DNA from: a virus
Lineage: Duplodnaviria > Caudoviricetes
Length of the DNA stretch: 31,780 nt
Strand: one strand, 5' to 3'
Virus record (IMG/VR): IMGVR_UViG_3300009441_000021
Span: 1 to 31,780 of that record
Position numbers and translations under genes: made by a program. Numbering within the stretch: the first letter of the stretch is position 1; each line of letters starts with the position of its first letter. Below, one piece after another: positions 1 to 8,072 of the stretch. Under the pieces are notes generated by a model. It had not been told where the DNA came from. It searched no databases and saw only the letters and a program-made list of their open reading frames with translations.

Positions 1-78
1 AGAAGAATCTGACGAAGAAGAATCTGACGAAGAAGAATCTGACGAAGAAGAATCTGACGAAGAAGAATCTGACGAAGA
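1..78 (+). repeat. Perfect 15-bp tandem repeat (AGAAGAATCTGACGA) x5.2, encoding EEESD
   Basis: Identical units at 1, 16, 31, 46 and 61; may continue left of the window. Confidence 0.97.
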
Positions 79-364
79 TATACTTGAATCATGTTCTGAG
101 CAATTAAAAAAATGTTACGAAGGTGTGATCAAAGAAGCATGTGCATATGATAAGGATGATTATCCTGACCATACATTAGAATCTTATCTTAAAGAGAATG
201 CTGCATTAGTTGCTGCGTTAACTGCAGAATCGATGGAACAAGCACACGCTGAAATCAAAGATGATGACATGACTATCGAAACATATGAAGCTATGTTGAA
301 TACTGTAAAGGAATCTTATAACAAGAAAATAGAAGAATTAAAAGAAGGTTGGTCAGCTAAATAA
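2..364 (+). CDS. 5'-truncated acidic protein with EEESD repeats; possible internal head/prohead core protein
   Basis: The frame of the listed 125..364 ORF is open back to base 2 (EESDEEESDEEESD...EDILESCSEQLKKCYEGVIKEACAY...), so the GTG at 125 is not the true start. Ends TAA at 364, followed by a hairpin. Confidence 0.75.
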   Translation, partial: EESDEEESDEEESDEEESDEEESDEDILESCSEQLKKCYEGVIKEACAYDKDDYPDHTLESYLKENAALVAALTAESMEQAHAEIKDDDMTIETYEAMLNTVKESYNKKIEELKEGWSAK

Positions 365-398
365 CATTTGATTTGAGTATCATCGAATTAAACTTTTT

Positions 399-429
399 AA
401 AAGGTTCATGTATAACACATGGACCTTTT
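399..429 (+). terminator. Probable intrinsic terminator hairpin
   Basis: AAAAGGTTCATGT (399-411), loop ATAAC, ACATGGACCTTTT (417-429): 13-bp stem with one G-U pair, T-rich 3' end, 35 nt after the stop at 364. Confidence 0.75.
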
Positions 430-449
430 CTATTTAAAAGAGATTAATT

Positions 450-971
450 ATGCCTAGAATACCAGTAGAAATTATTTATATGCAAATAGCCTATCAAACG
501 GCTAAATTGAGTTATGCAGAACGAAGACGAGTTGGTTGTATTATTGTAAAGGATGAACAAATAGTTTCGTTTGGTTATAACGGTACGCCTCATGGATTTA
601 ATAACACATGCGAAGAAACCGAAACCGAAACCGTGTATTATGAAAATCCAGATATTGCAATGGATTTAATAGAAGAACATGGATTTGATTGTAAAAACGG
701 TTGTTGTACTAAAGAAACTACCAGTACAAAAAGAGAAGTCTTACATGCAGAGTCAAATGCCATTACTAAATTGGCAAAATCTACAATGACATCAAATGAT
801 GCAGATCTTTATACTACAACTGCTCCTTGTTTTCAATGTGCAAAGTTGATTATACAGGCAGGAATTAAAAGAGTATATTATTCTGAAGACTATAGAGATA
901 TGAGTGGGGTCGAATTATTGGAAAAAGCTAATATTAAAGTAAAAGAAGTTATATGTTGGAACGCGGATTAG
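450..971 (+). CDS. dCMP deaminase (cytidine/deoxycytidylate deaminase family)
   Basis: RRVGCIIVKD, GYNGTP, catalytic HAE, PCxxC (APCFQCAKLIIQAGIKRVYY). Confidence 0.95.
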   Translation: MPRIPVEIIYMQIAYQTAKLSYAERRRVGCIIVKDEQIVSFGYNGTPHGFNNTCEETETETVYYENPDIAMDLIEEHGFDCKNGCCTKETTSTKREVLHAESNAITKLAKSTMTSNDADLYTTTAPCFQCAKLIIQAGIKRVYYSEDYRDMSGVELLEKANIKVKEVICWNAD

Positions 972-2683
972 ATGAACTTATTGACAAGGCTCTAGAGGAT
1001 AATACCTTTGGTAAGGATTTTAAATTTAGAAAGGGTCAAAGAGAGATCATTGTTAAAATTTGCGAAACATACCTAGAAGATCCTAAATCCACATTAGTAA
1101 TTGATGCACCAACAGGTGCCGGTAAGTCTCTTATTGCTATGTGGTCAGCTCACTTATTAAAAGAACTTGGTAATAGAGGTTACATGGTTACTAGTGACCT
1201 GAGTCTTCAGGATCAATATGAGTCTGACTTCTATGACTATGGTTTGAGATGGCCATCTATTAAAGGTGTAGATAATTATGAATGTTCTGTCAATGGTTTA
1301 CCGTTTTCATTAGGTGATTGCAAACTCAAAGGACTAGGATATGAAGCTGCTGAACAATTGAGTTGTTACAGTTCGTGTAGTTATTTACAAAATAGACGTA
1401 AAGCAATTGATCAACCTATATCATTACTTAATTATTCTTTTTGGTTAATTCAAAGAAATTATGTCGATGCTAAAATGAGACAAGAAGAACGAACAGTTCC
1501 GTTTGAACAAAGAGATTTTGTATTCTTTGATGAAGCACATAGAATAGACGATATTGTTCAAAGTCATTTTAGTCCTCGTATAGATTCCAGTGTCGTTGAT
1601 AAAATGGTGACTTTAAATAGATTTGCTAGCAAGCAAGGTTTACAAGAAGCTACATACACTAAGAATAAATTACAATCACTTGTCAATGATATGATGGTTG
1701 GCGGTAAAGCTGATGTTTTTGAAGCTATGGTAAAATTCGAAAGAATTCTACATGGATATGGAAAGGTTAGGCAGTTTGCAAATAAAACAGCTAAAAAAAG
1801 ATATAAAGTATCTGGAATTCCTAAGGATTGGCAAACAGCGTTTGCTCACTTTGATAGACTTAAAGATATTCACTGTAAAATAGAAGATTATATAAGTTTG
1901 ATTAAAGAAGTAGGTATTGATAAAATGGTACTAGATCAAAACGAACATGAAGCTAAATTCATGTGTGTTGAAGAAAGTCTAATGATCAATAAATACCTAC
2001 ACGAGAAGGCTGATTTTAAAGTATTCATGAGTGCAACTATAGGTGATCCTAGATCTTTCGTTAGAATAATGGGTATTAAGAACGCAAAGTTTATTAGAAT
2101 GGACAATGCATTTAATTACGATAAGTCTCCTGTTGTTTTTGTAAATAGACATAAGCTTTCTTTCAGAGAACGAGAGACAAGTTTACCTAAAGTTGTAGAG
2201 ATATTAGATCAAATTATAAGTAAACATAAGGGACAACGCGGAGTGATTCATACAGGATCATATGCATTTACTAACTATATTAAACAGAATTCTAAACATA
2301 CATTTAGAATTATGGATTATGAAAATTCTAAAGAGAAGGCTCTGATTTTAGAATTGTTCAAAAAGAAAGAAGAAGCCGTGTTGATGGGACCATCATTGTT
2401 AGAGGGTTTAGATTTAAAAGACGACACTAGTAGATTTCAGATATTCTTTAAAGTACCTTATCCATCATTAGGTGATCCGCTAATTAAAGCGAAGATGCAA
2501 ACATCTAATGAGTGGTATGATTGGAAAACAGGTATAAGTATATTACAAGGAGTCGGTAGATCAGTGAGAAGCAAAGATGATTGGGCAGTAACGTATGTCC
2601 TAGATGCTTGCTTTAGAAGTCTGATAAATAAGAAGGGATTCTTCCCTCCTAGTTTTATGGAGAGGGTGAGGACCATTAAATAA
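953..2683 (+). CDS. DinG/YoaA/XPD-family SF2 helicase with Fe-S cluster domain
   Basis: Q motif FRKGQ, Walker A APTGAGKS, KGxxNYxC followed by three more Cys (DC, SCYSSC), DEAH, MSAT, EGLD, KVPYP, motif VI QGVGRSVRSKDD. Confidence 0.92.
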   Translation: MLERGLDELIDKALEDNTFGKDFKFRKGQREIIVKICETYLEDPKSTLVIDAPTGAGKSLIAMWSAHLLKELGNRGYMVTSDLSLQDQYESDFYDYGLRWPSIKGVDNYECSVNGLPFSLGDCKLKGLGYEAAEQLSCYSSCSYLQNRRKAIDQPISLLNYSFWLIQRNYVDAKMRQEERTVPFEQRDFVFFDEAHRIDDIVQSHFSPRIDSSVVDKMVTLNRFASKQGLQEATYTKNKLQSLVNDMMVGGKADVFEAMVKFERILHGYGKVRQFANKTAKKRYKVSGIPKDWQTAFAHFDRLKDIHCKIEDYISLIKEVGIDKMVLDQNEHEAKFMCVEESLMINKYLHEKADFKVFMSATIGDPRSFVRIMGIKNAKFIRMDNAFNYDKSPVVFVNRHKLSFRERETSLPKVVEILDQIISKHKGQRGVIHTGSYAFTNYIKQNSKHTFRIMDYENSKEKALILELFKKKEEAVLMGPSLLEGLDLKDDTSRFQIFFKVPYPSLGDPLIKAKMQTSNEWYDWKTGISILQGVGRSVRSKDDWAVTYVLDACFRSLINKKGFFPPSFMERVRTIK

Positions 2684-2696
2684 AACCAAAAGTACT

Positions 2697-3608
2697 ATGA
2701 AAAAATTATTAATTATTGGCGCATTGTTATTATCAAGTTGCGGATCTTTACAATTTAAATATGGTGCACTGAATCAAGCTGCACATAATCAAGCATTAAA
2801 TGGTAATCCATCGATTACGGTTAAAACATACACTACAACATTTCAAACATTTAAAAATCTAGATCCACAAGATTTGGGCTTATCTCATGGCGGAAGTTGG
2901 ATACACTGTAGAACTCATGGCTTCCATGATCTGAATGATTGGACTGATTTTAGTTACTCACCACAATGGTGTAGACCTAGTGAAGGTTTTACAAGAGCAG
3001 CTTCATGGAATACAAATTGGGCATGGATGCACCAAAACGGTTGGAATAACTGGATGTGGAATCCTAGACATAGATTCAATTATTGGGGCAATAACTGGTC
3101 ACCTTGGATGGGCAATGTACACTATGGATATGGTAACAACTATTATGGATGGGGCCAACAGAACACATGGTATTGGAGTAATGGATATTATGGTGGAAAC
3201 TATATGTATGGTAGAAGATCTAACATGAATGGTAGGCGCGGAAGTTTATTAGGTGCGTATTCTAGAACAACTACAAGAAATAGTAGAGCACATGCTTCTA
3301 TGATAGAATCTACTAAAAGAACTACAAAACCTAGAAGAGTTATTAGAACTAATATTACACCAATTAATAACAATACCACAAAACCTAGAAGAGTTATTAG
3401 AGAGAAGCCGGTAGTTCCTGTGATTAGAAATAATAATACTAGGCCTAGAAATAACACTAGACCTGTGATTAGAAACAATAGTGGAAATAGTAATATAAGA
3501 CCTAGTAATACTAGAACTAACACAAGGCCCGTTAGAACTAACACTACAAGAACTAATAACACTCGCACAACATCAACTAATAAAAGAACTACTAATAAAA
3601 AAAACTAA
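2697..3608 (+). CDS. Putative lipoprotein with W/N/G/Y-rich low-complexity middle and R/T/N-rich basic tail
   Basis: MKKLLIIGALLLSS|C: basic N-terminus, hydrophobic core and lipobox Cys15. Composition is read directly from the translation. Confidence 0.8.
   Translation: MKKLLIIGALLLSSCGSLQFKYGALNQAAHNQALNGNPSITVKTYTTTFQTFKNLDPQDLGLSHGGSWIHCRTHGFHDLNDWTDFSYSPQWCRPSEGFTRAASWNTNWAWMHQNGWNNWMWNPRHRFNYWGNNWSPWMGNVHYGYGNNYYGWGQQNTWYWSNGYYGGNYMYGRRSNMNGRRGSLLGAYSRTTTRNSRAHASMIESTKRTTKPRRVIRTNITPINNNTTKPRRVIREKPVVPVIRNNNTRPRNNTRPVIRNNSGNSNIRPSNTRTNTRPVRTNTTRTNNTRTTSTNKRTTNKKN
3324..3401 (+). repeat. 24-bp exact direct repeat ACAAAACCTAGAAGAGTTATTAGA (TKPRRVIR x2) in the lipoprotein tail
   Basis: Copies at 3324-3347 and 3378-3401; PVIRNN is also repeated downstream. 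Confidence 0.9.
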
Positions 3609-3839
3609 ATGGGATTTAACAAATTAATGCTTCCAGATGTAGATAGATTGGATGAACAATTACAAATTGTAGGTAAAATAGAATTCGGGAAACATTGGCT
3701 GAGGCGATTTCAAAAGTCAGATGCTATTATGGGATCTAACGAATCACATGACTTTATTAAACCTTTTGCAGATTTCGCATATAAAGAAAGCAAACTAATA
3801 TTTGTAAAAGATGAATTGGATACAGATATTAAAAAATAA
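3609..3839 (+). CDS. Hypothetical protein (76 aa)
   Basis: Abuts the upstream stop (TAA-ATG); same strand and packing as neighbours. Confidence 0.75.
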   Translation: MGFNKLMLPDVDRLDEQLQIVGKIEFGKHWLRRFQKSDAIMGSNESHDFIKPFADFAYKESKLIFVKDELDTDIKK

Positions 3840-3843
3840 GTTT

Positions 3844-4464
3844 ATGTCAAAAAAGAAAACACAAGGAAACAACACATTCTATGTTTGGATTAAATCAGAG
3901 AGGATTGGACAAATAGTAGAAGTAGCAGAAGAACAATCTAATCCTACTTGGACTCAATTTACGGATGGTACTCAATGTAACTCTGCACTTATACATGAGT
4001 TTTTAATGGGTGCGGATTCAGAAGATCAAGCAAATAAAATCGCAGTTGATTTTGGTGGAATTACAACGTTTACTAAACCAGAGTCAGCAACACCAGTAAG
4101 ACCTCGCAGAGACATTGAAACAATTGATGCAACACCAGTAAGACCACGCAGAGAACCATTGGCAGAGATTAATGTAATGCAAGAGATGCTCAAGAAAATG
4201 AGTGCTAAAAATAAAGCTGAGATGCCTGTTAAGATTAACATTCCATCTAAAGAAATATATGCACTACTTAAGGATCAAATGGACATTACTAAAAAGGACT
4301 TAAATAGTCAAATAGCAGCGCTCGTAGAAGATCAGATAGATAACCTAAGACAGCAATTAAAAGAACAAATAGAATCATTTATTAATAACTATTATAATGG
4401 AAGAACAAATACAAACAGCAGAACCAGCAGCGACTCAAACTCAGACACAACAGGAGATTCCTAA
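3844..4464 (+). CDS. Hypothetical protein; start more likely 3844 (MSKKKTQG) than 3811
   Basis: ATG at 3844 is 4 nt after the upstream stop and avoids a 29-nt overlap. Internal duplication ATPVRPRR x2; helical/coiled-coil C-terminal half. Confidence 0.75.
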   Translation: MSKKKTQGNNTFYVWIKSERIGQIVEVAEEQSNPTWTQFTDGTQCNSALIHEFLMGADSEDQANKIAVDFGGITTFTKPESATPVRPRRDIETIDATPVRPRREPLAEINVMQEMLKKMSAKNKAEMPVKINIPSKEIYALLKDQMDITKKDLNSQIAALVEDQIDNLRQQLKEQIESFINNYYNGRTNTNSRTSSDSNSDTTGDS

Positions 4465-4822
4465 TCGTAGAGTAAGAAGAGATCAACTAAGACAACAAGG
4501 TATTTTAAAGTATCTTAGTAAAAAGAACTTTCTTGATCCTATTCGTGCAAATTTTAGATCTGAAAATATCAAGACTGGTCAAAAGATTCAGGATATTAGA
4601 CGTGTAAAACTTGAAAAACAATGGGAAGCTAGTTTTATGGCTAAGTTGGAGAGTATGAAAGAAACTTGGTATGAAATCGGCTATAACTCTAAGGAAATGG
4701 AATACCTAGAAGAAGCTGCCGCTATTTTCTTTGCAAAAAATAAAGAAACTTACAGAGAAGATAAAAAGGAAGCTAAACAATTAATGAAGAAAGCTAAAGA
4801 TTCTTTAGCTTCTAGAAAATAA
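4397..4822 (+). CDS. Hypothetical basic helical protein (141 aa)
   Basis: Open frame with AT-rich upstream context; overlaps the low-complexity tail of the previous gene by 68 nt. Confidence 0.75.
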   Translation: MEEQIQTAEPAATQTQTQQEIPNRRVRRDQLRQQGILKYLSKKNFLDPIRANFRSENIKTGQKIQDIRRVKLEKQWEASFMAKLESMKETWYEIGYNSKEMEYLEEAAAIFFAKNKETYREDKKEAKQLMKKAKDSLASRK

Positions 4823-4830
4823 ATTAATAT

Positions 4831-5154
4831 ATGTTAAGTATTGGTATTGAGCCAGCAGATAATGGCGTTATAAAAACATTAGTCGACGATAATGTAAACG
4901 GAGGCGGAGAAGAGTTTGAATCTAGAAACGTCTATGAATTTGAGGGACCATTAAAACGAATAAATCAAGTTAAGTTTATTAAAGATCTTATTTTTGATTT
5001 AGGAATTGATATAGGCACAGAACTAGATGCGGATTATTTACAAATCTATACTGGTTGGGGAAAACAATATGTTGGTACCGAAAAAGAAATTAAAAACAAG
5101 ATCAATATCTTAGAGAACGAAGTCAAGAGATTAGGATCTATATTAGAGAAATGA
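4831..5154 (+). CDS. Hypothetical protein (107 aa)
   Basis: Tightly packed ORF; ATGA overlap with the next gene. Confidence 0.75.
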   Translation: MLSIGIEPADNGVIKTLVDDNVNGGGEEFESRNVYEFEGPLKRINQVKFIKDLIFDLGIDIGTELDADYLQIYTGWGKQYVGTEKEIKNKINILENEVKRLGSILEK

Positions 5155-5552
5155 ATTTAAAAGTAGAAGGTGTTTGGTGTAAGACTAGAACTGAATTTGA
5201 TAGGTTATCCAAGAGTGGTGATTATGATCTAACAGTTTCTTACTATGATATATTTAATCGCTTAATAAAAAGTGATCCAAATAATGTTGAACCTTCTCCT
5301 ATAATTATTTCAATTTACATAAGAAAATCAATTCAAAAAGTATTAGGGGATCTTGGTGAACACAAAGATGCTAAGATCCTCTATATGTTTAAGTCCCTGA
5401 GTTCAGAAACTGTTACTGGTTTCAGAGAATTTATCAACACTATGATCGATGAAGAGTGCGAGTTGGACCTGCTAGTAGTTAACAGGTGTGACTTCCCTAA
5501 GGCCGGAGTCTTAAGCAAATTCGATAATGTTAGGTTTTTAGATAATGATTAA
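5151..5552 (+). CDS. Hypothetical alpha/beta protein, possibly a degenerate P-loop kinase fold
   Basis: ORF coupled to both neighbours. Order of elements resembles AAA_33/PNK-like kinases but there is no Walker A. Confidence 0.65.
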   Translation: MNLKVEGVWCKTRTEFDRLSKSGDYDLTVSYYDIFNRLIKSDPNNVEPSPIIISIYIRKSIQKVLGDLGEHKDAKILYMFKSLSSETVTGFREFINTMIDEECELDLLVVNRCDFPKAGVLSKFDNVRFLDND

Positions 5553-6144
5553 ACACAAGCTCTTTTCTAAGGGCGATCAAATTCACGCCTTAATTTCATC
5601 TACACATCAACCCAACTTATTAATCCCGGTTAGAGCAACCATATATGATGTAAAGTTCGATGATGTAAATCCTCAATACCAAATAAGAGTCAAGAAATTC
5701 TATGATCAAGTATATTTTTTAAAGAAAAATCTTTTTGGTGGTAGATTTATAAGAGATTTTGAGGGTAAATATACTAAACTTAATTTAAAGAGAGGCCTCT
5801 ATTCAACAGTTGATGATATAGAGAAGAATATATTTAATGGAGACAAATGGAAACAATATTTAGTTGTTGTAGATTCAGTATTCTGTACAAGAACTAGAGC
5901 TGAACAGGAAACCTTATTCAATAATATACAAACGTTCCATATAGAGATGAAACTCAAAGAGCTCTATGAACTTGTTAATAGAGCTGTTTATAAAAACGGA
6001 GAATTCTATTGGCACACTAAGGGCGAATACGTAAAATCTTTGCAGAAATTTCTAGGAGATAAATACTCTAAAGATCCTAAATGGATCGACAATCTTCTAT
6101 ATAGACCCGAGACCGACGAAATGGACAACGTCGAATGGGTGTAA
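5545..6144 (+). CDS. Hypothetical protein (199 aa); N-terminus SH3/KOW-barrel-like
   Basis: FSKGDQIHAL...VRATIYDV...YQIRV strand pattern; fold call is tentative. Confidence 0.7.
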   Translation: MIKHKLFSKGDQIHALISSTHQPNLLIPVRATIYDVKFDDVNPQYQIRVKKFYDQVYFLKKNLFGGRFIRDFEGKYTKLNLKRGLYSTVDDIEKNIFNGDKWKQYLVVVDSVFCTRTRAEQETLFNNIQTFHIEMKLKELYELVNRAVYKNGEFYWHTKGEYVKSLQKFLGDKYSKDPKWIDNLLYRPETDEMDNVEWV

Positions 6145-6169
6145 ATATATTATCCTACCATAATACGTA

Positions 6170-6177
6170 GATATATA
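6170..6177 (+). promoter_or_regulatory. Putative late-promoter box GATATATA
   Basis: Intergenic, begins 29 nt before the first structural gene; identical 8-mer in three other intergenic gaps; resembles the T4 late box TATAAATA. Confidence 0.65.
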
Positions 6178-6198
6178 TAAAAAAAGAAATTCATATTT

Positions 6199-8058
6199 AT
6201 GTCAGGAATTACGGACGATGCAAATTTTATTTTTAAAAAAGTACTTGATGTGGTTGATGCCACTACTGGTTTAGAAACTAAAGAATACATTTATGACGAT
6301 GTAGTAAACGGTGGTGAAGTAACTACTAGAGTACTTAAAAACGGTGCGTTAGATGCTGGAACTCCAAAACCAGTAGATGAAAAGGGTTCTGGTAAAACAA
6401 CAATGACTGATGCTAATTTTTCAGAAGCAGCAACTAATAATAGTTCAATGTATCCTGAAAAGGGTTCAAATTCTAAAGCATATAACGTACAGTCAACAAT
6501 AAGTGGCGGTCCTGGTAAAGTTACATATGAAGATAAAGGTGAAACAGTTACCTTTGGAAAGGCACCTAGAAGTTTATTTAATAATTGGACCTTGCTTAGA
6601 TATGCCAATAGAGTTGGCGTTGTCGCAGGTGATGATAGTACGCCATATGATGGCTCGACATATAACAAAGCTGTAACTAATTCGCTTGGAATTAATCGTA
6701 GAAACAATCCAACTGCTAGAAATATTGTAGAGTATTCACAAGAAGTTGGAGGAGCATCATTCTCTTATAGTTATAGCGATTTTATTCAAATGGAACATTA
6801 TGGTCAAATATCTAATGATTATTTGATTACTCTTAGGAGATTTGCATATCCAGTAGGTGATGACTTATTATCTCCTAAGATTGCAGGTACCACAGGAGAG
6901 AAAGTAGACGCATCCGCTCCTGATTTAGCGAGAGCTGTGACATGGCTGTCACCCTCGTTAGGAAATGATTTAAAAGAAATACTTAAATTTAAAACAGGAT
7001 ACGAATGGAAAGAAGCTAAATCAAAAATACAAGAAGCACAATCTAAAAGTGCAGATAGAGGTAAACTTGGAGAGATGATAGATGCAGGTGCAGGTGGACA
7101 AGGTGGAGCAATAGAATCCGGTTTAAATGGATACTCATCAGTACAAGCGAAACAACTTAGACTGAACGGTAATGTAGATCATACTAAAGAAACTTATCCT
7201 AATAAAGTGTTTGGACCTCTTAATATCATTGATAAAGTATTGGCAAGAGAAAAAGGTTTAAAATTTGAACAAGAATTTAAACTTTCATTTCACTATGATT
7301 TGAAAGCATATCCAGGAACTAGTCCTAAAGTTGCATTCATGGATACACTCGCAAATATATTAGCATTAACATATAGTAACGCGCCATTCTGGGGAGGAGC
7401 AACTAGATTCTCTGGATCAGGAGCCACTGGTAAACCATTTGGTGACACAGCTAAATTAGCATCTGGTGATTATGCTGGTTATTTAGGTTCTATTGCAGAT
7501 ACACTCGCAGGTATGGGTGGAAACTTCATGGATCAATTAAAGAAGACAGCTTCTAATGTTGCTAACGGAGAGGGTATTAACAAAATACTGGGTGATTCTT
7601 CAATTCTTGAAAACATCGTTGGTGGTGGACTTATGAAATTAATGGGTGGACCCAGTGGTGGCGAGATCATTAAAGCATTTTTAACTGGTGACCCAACTGG
7701 TCAATGGCATTTGACTATTGGTAATCCAATGAACCCAATAATTGTATGTGGTAATTTAGCATTACAAGAATCCGACTTTAGTTTTGAAGGACCTTTAGGT
7801 TTTGAAGGATTTCCTACTAAAATGAAAGTTGAGATGACCCTAAAACCTGGTAGACCTAGAGATAAAACAGAAATTGAATCTATGTTTAATGCAGGTAGAG
7901 GTAGAATGTATCTACAGCCCGAATGGGCAAATGATGGTGGAGATGGTATTGATGTAGATGCTATGTTTAATGTAGATGCATATGGAGCTAAATCTGCAAA
8001 AGGAAATCTTAAAAATAAACCATATATCAGTAGATTATCTGATATGTCGGCTGGATAA
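6199..8058 (+). CDS. Baseplate tail-tube initiator/cap-like protein (T4 gp48/gp54-like tube fold)
   Basis: FEQEFKLSFHYDL and C-terminal GNLALQESDFSFEGPLGFEGFPTKMKVEMTLKP resemble the terminal strands of tube-fold proteins; directly upstream of a gp53-like gene. Confidence 0.55.
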   Translation: MSGITDDANFIFKKVLDVVDATTGLETKEYIYDDVVNGGEVTTRVLKNGALDAGTPKPVDEKGSGKTTMTDANFSEAATNNSSMYPEKGSNSKAYNVQSTISGGPGKVTYEDKGETVTFGKAPRSLFNNWTLLRYANRVGVVAGDDSTPYDGSTYNKAVTNSLGINRRNNPTARNIVEYSQEVGGASFSYSYSDFIQMEHYGQISNDYLITLRRFAYPVGDDLLSPKIAGTTGEKVDASAPDLARAVTWLSPSLGNDLKEILKFKTGYEWKEAKSKIQEAQSKSADRGKLGEMIDAGAGGQGGAIESGLNGYSSVQAKQLRLNGNVDHTKETYPNKVFGPLNIIDKVLAREKGLKFEQEFKLSFHYDLKAYPGTSPKVAFMDTLANILALTYSNAPFWGGATRFSGSGATGKPFGDTAKLASGDYAGYLGSIADTLAGMGGNFMDQLKKTASNVANGEGINKILGDSSILENIVGGGLMKLMGGPSGGEIIKAFLTGDPTGQWHLTIGNPMNPIIVCGNLALQESDFSFEGPLGFEGFPTKMKVEMTLKPGRPRDKTEIESMFNAGRGRMYLQPEWANDGGDGIDVDAMFNVDAYGAKSAKGNLKNKPYISRLSDMSAG

Positions 8059-8072
8059 AATAATATATTATA

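Noticed and set aside
1-78. Tandem repeat as a CRISPR array
   Set aside because: 15-bp units are contiguous with no spacers and are in frame with a coding sequence.
953-2683. DinG as part of a type IV CRISPR system
   Set aside because: No cas-like genes or array recognised nearby; neighbours are dCMP deaminase and a lipoprotein.
3200-3568. Minus-strand 122-aa highly hydrophobic ORF resembling a membrane protein
   Set aside because: Antisense shadow of the AGA/ACT/AAT-rich lipoprotein tail; L/V richness follows automatically from the complement.
3811-3843. Listed start at 3811 for the 217-aa ORF
   Set aside because: ATG at 3844 follows the upstream stop by 4 nt and fits the coupling pattern better.
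6138-6203. Long-range stem pairing GTAAATAT with ATATTTAT over the 6199 start codon
   Set aside because: Almost all A-U/G-U pairs across a 44-nt loop; expected by chance in AT-rich DNA.
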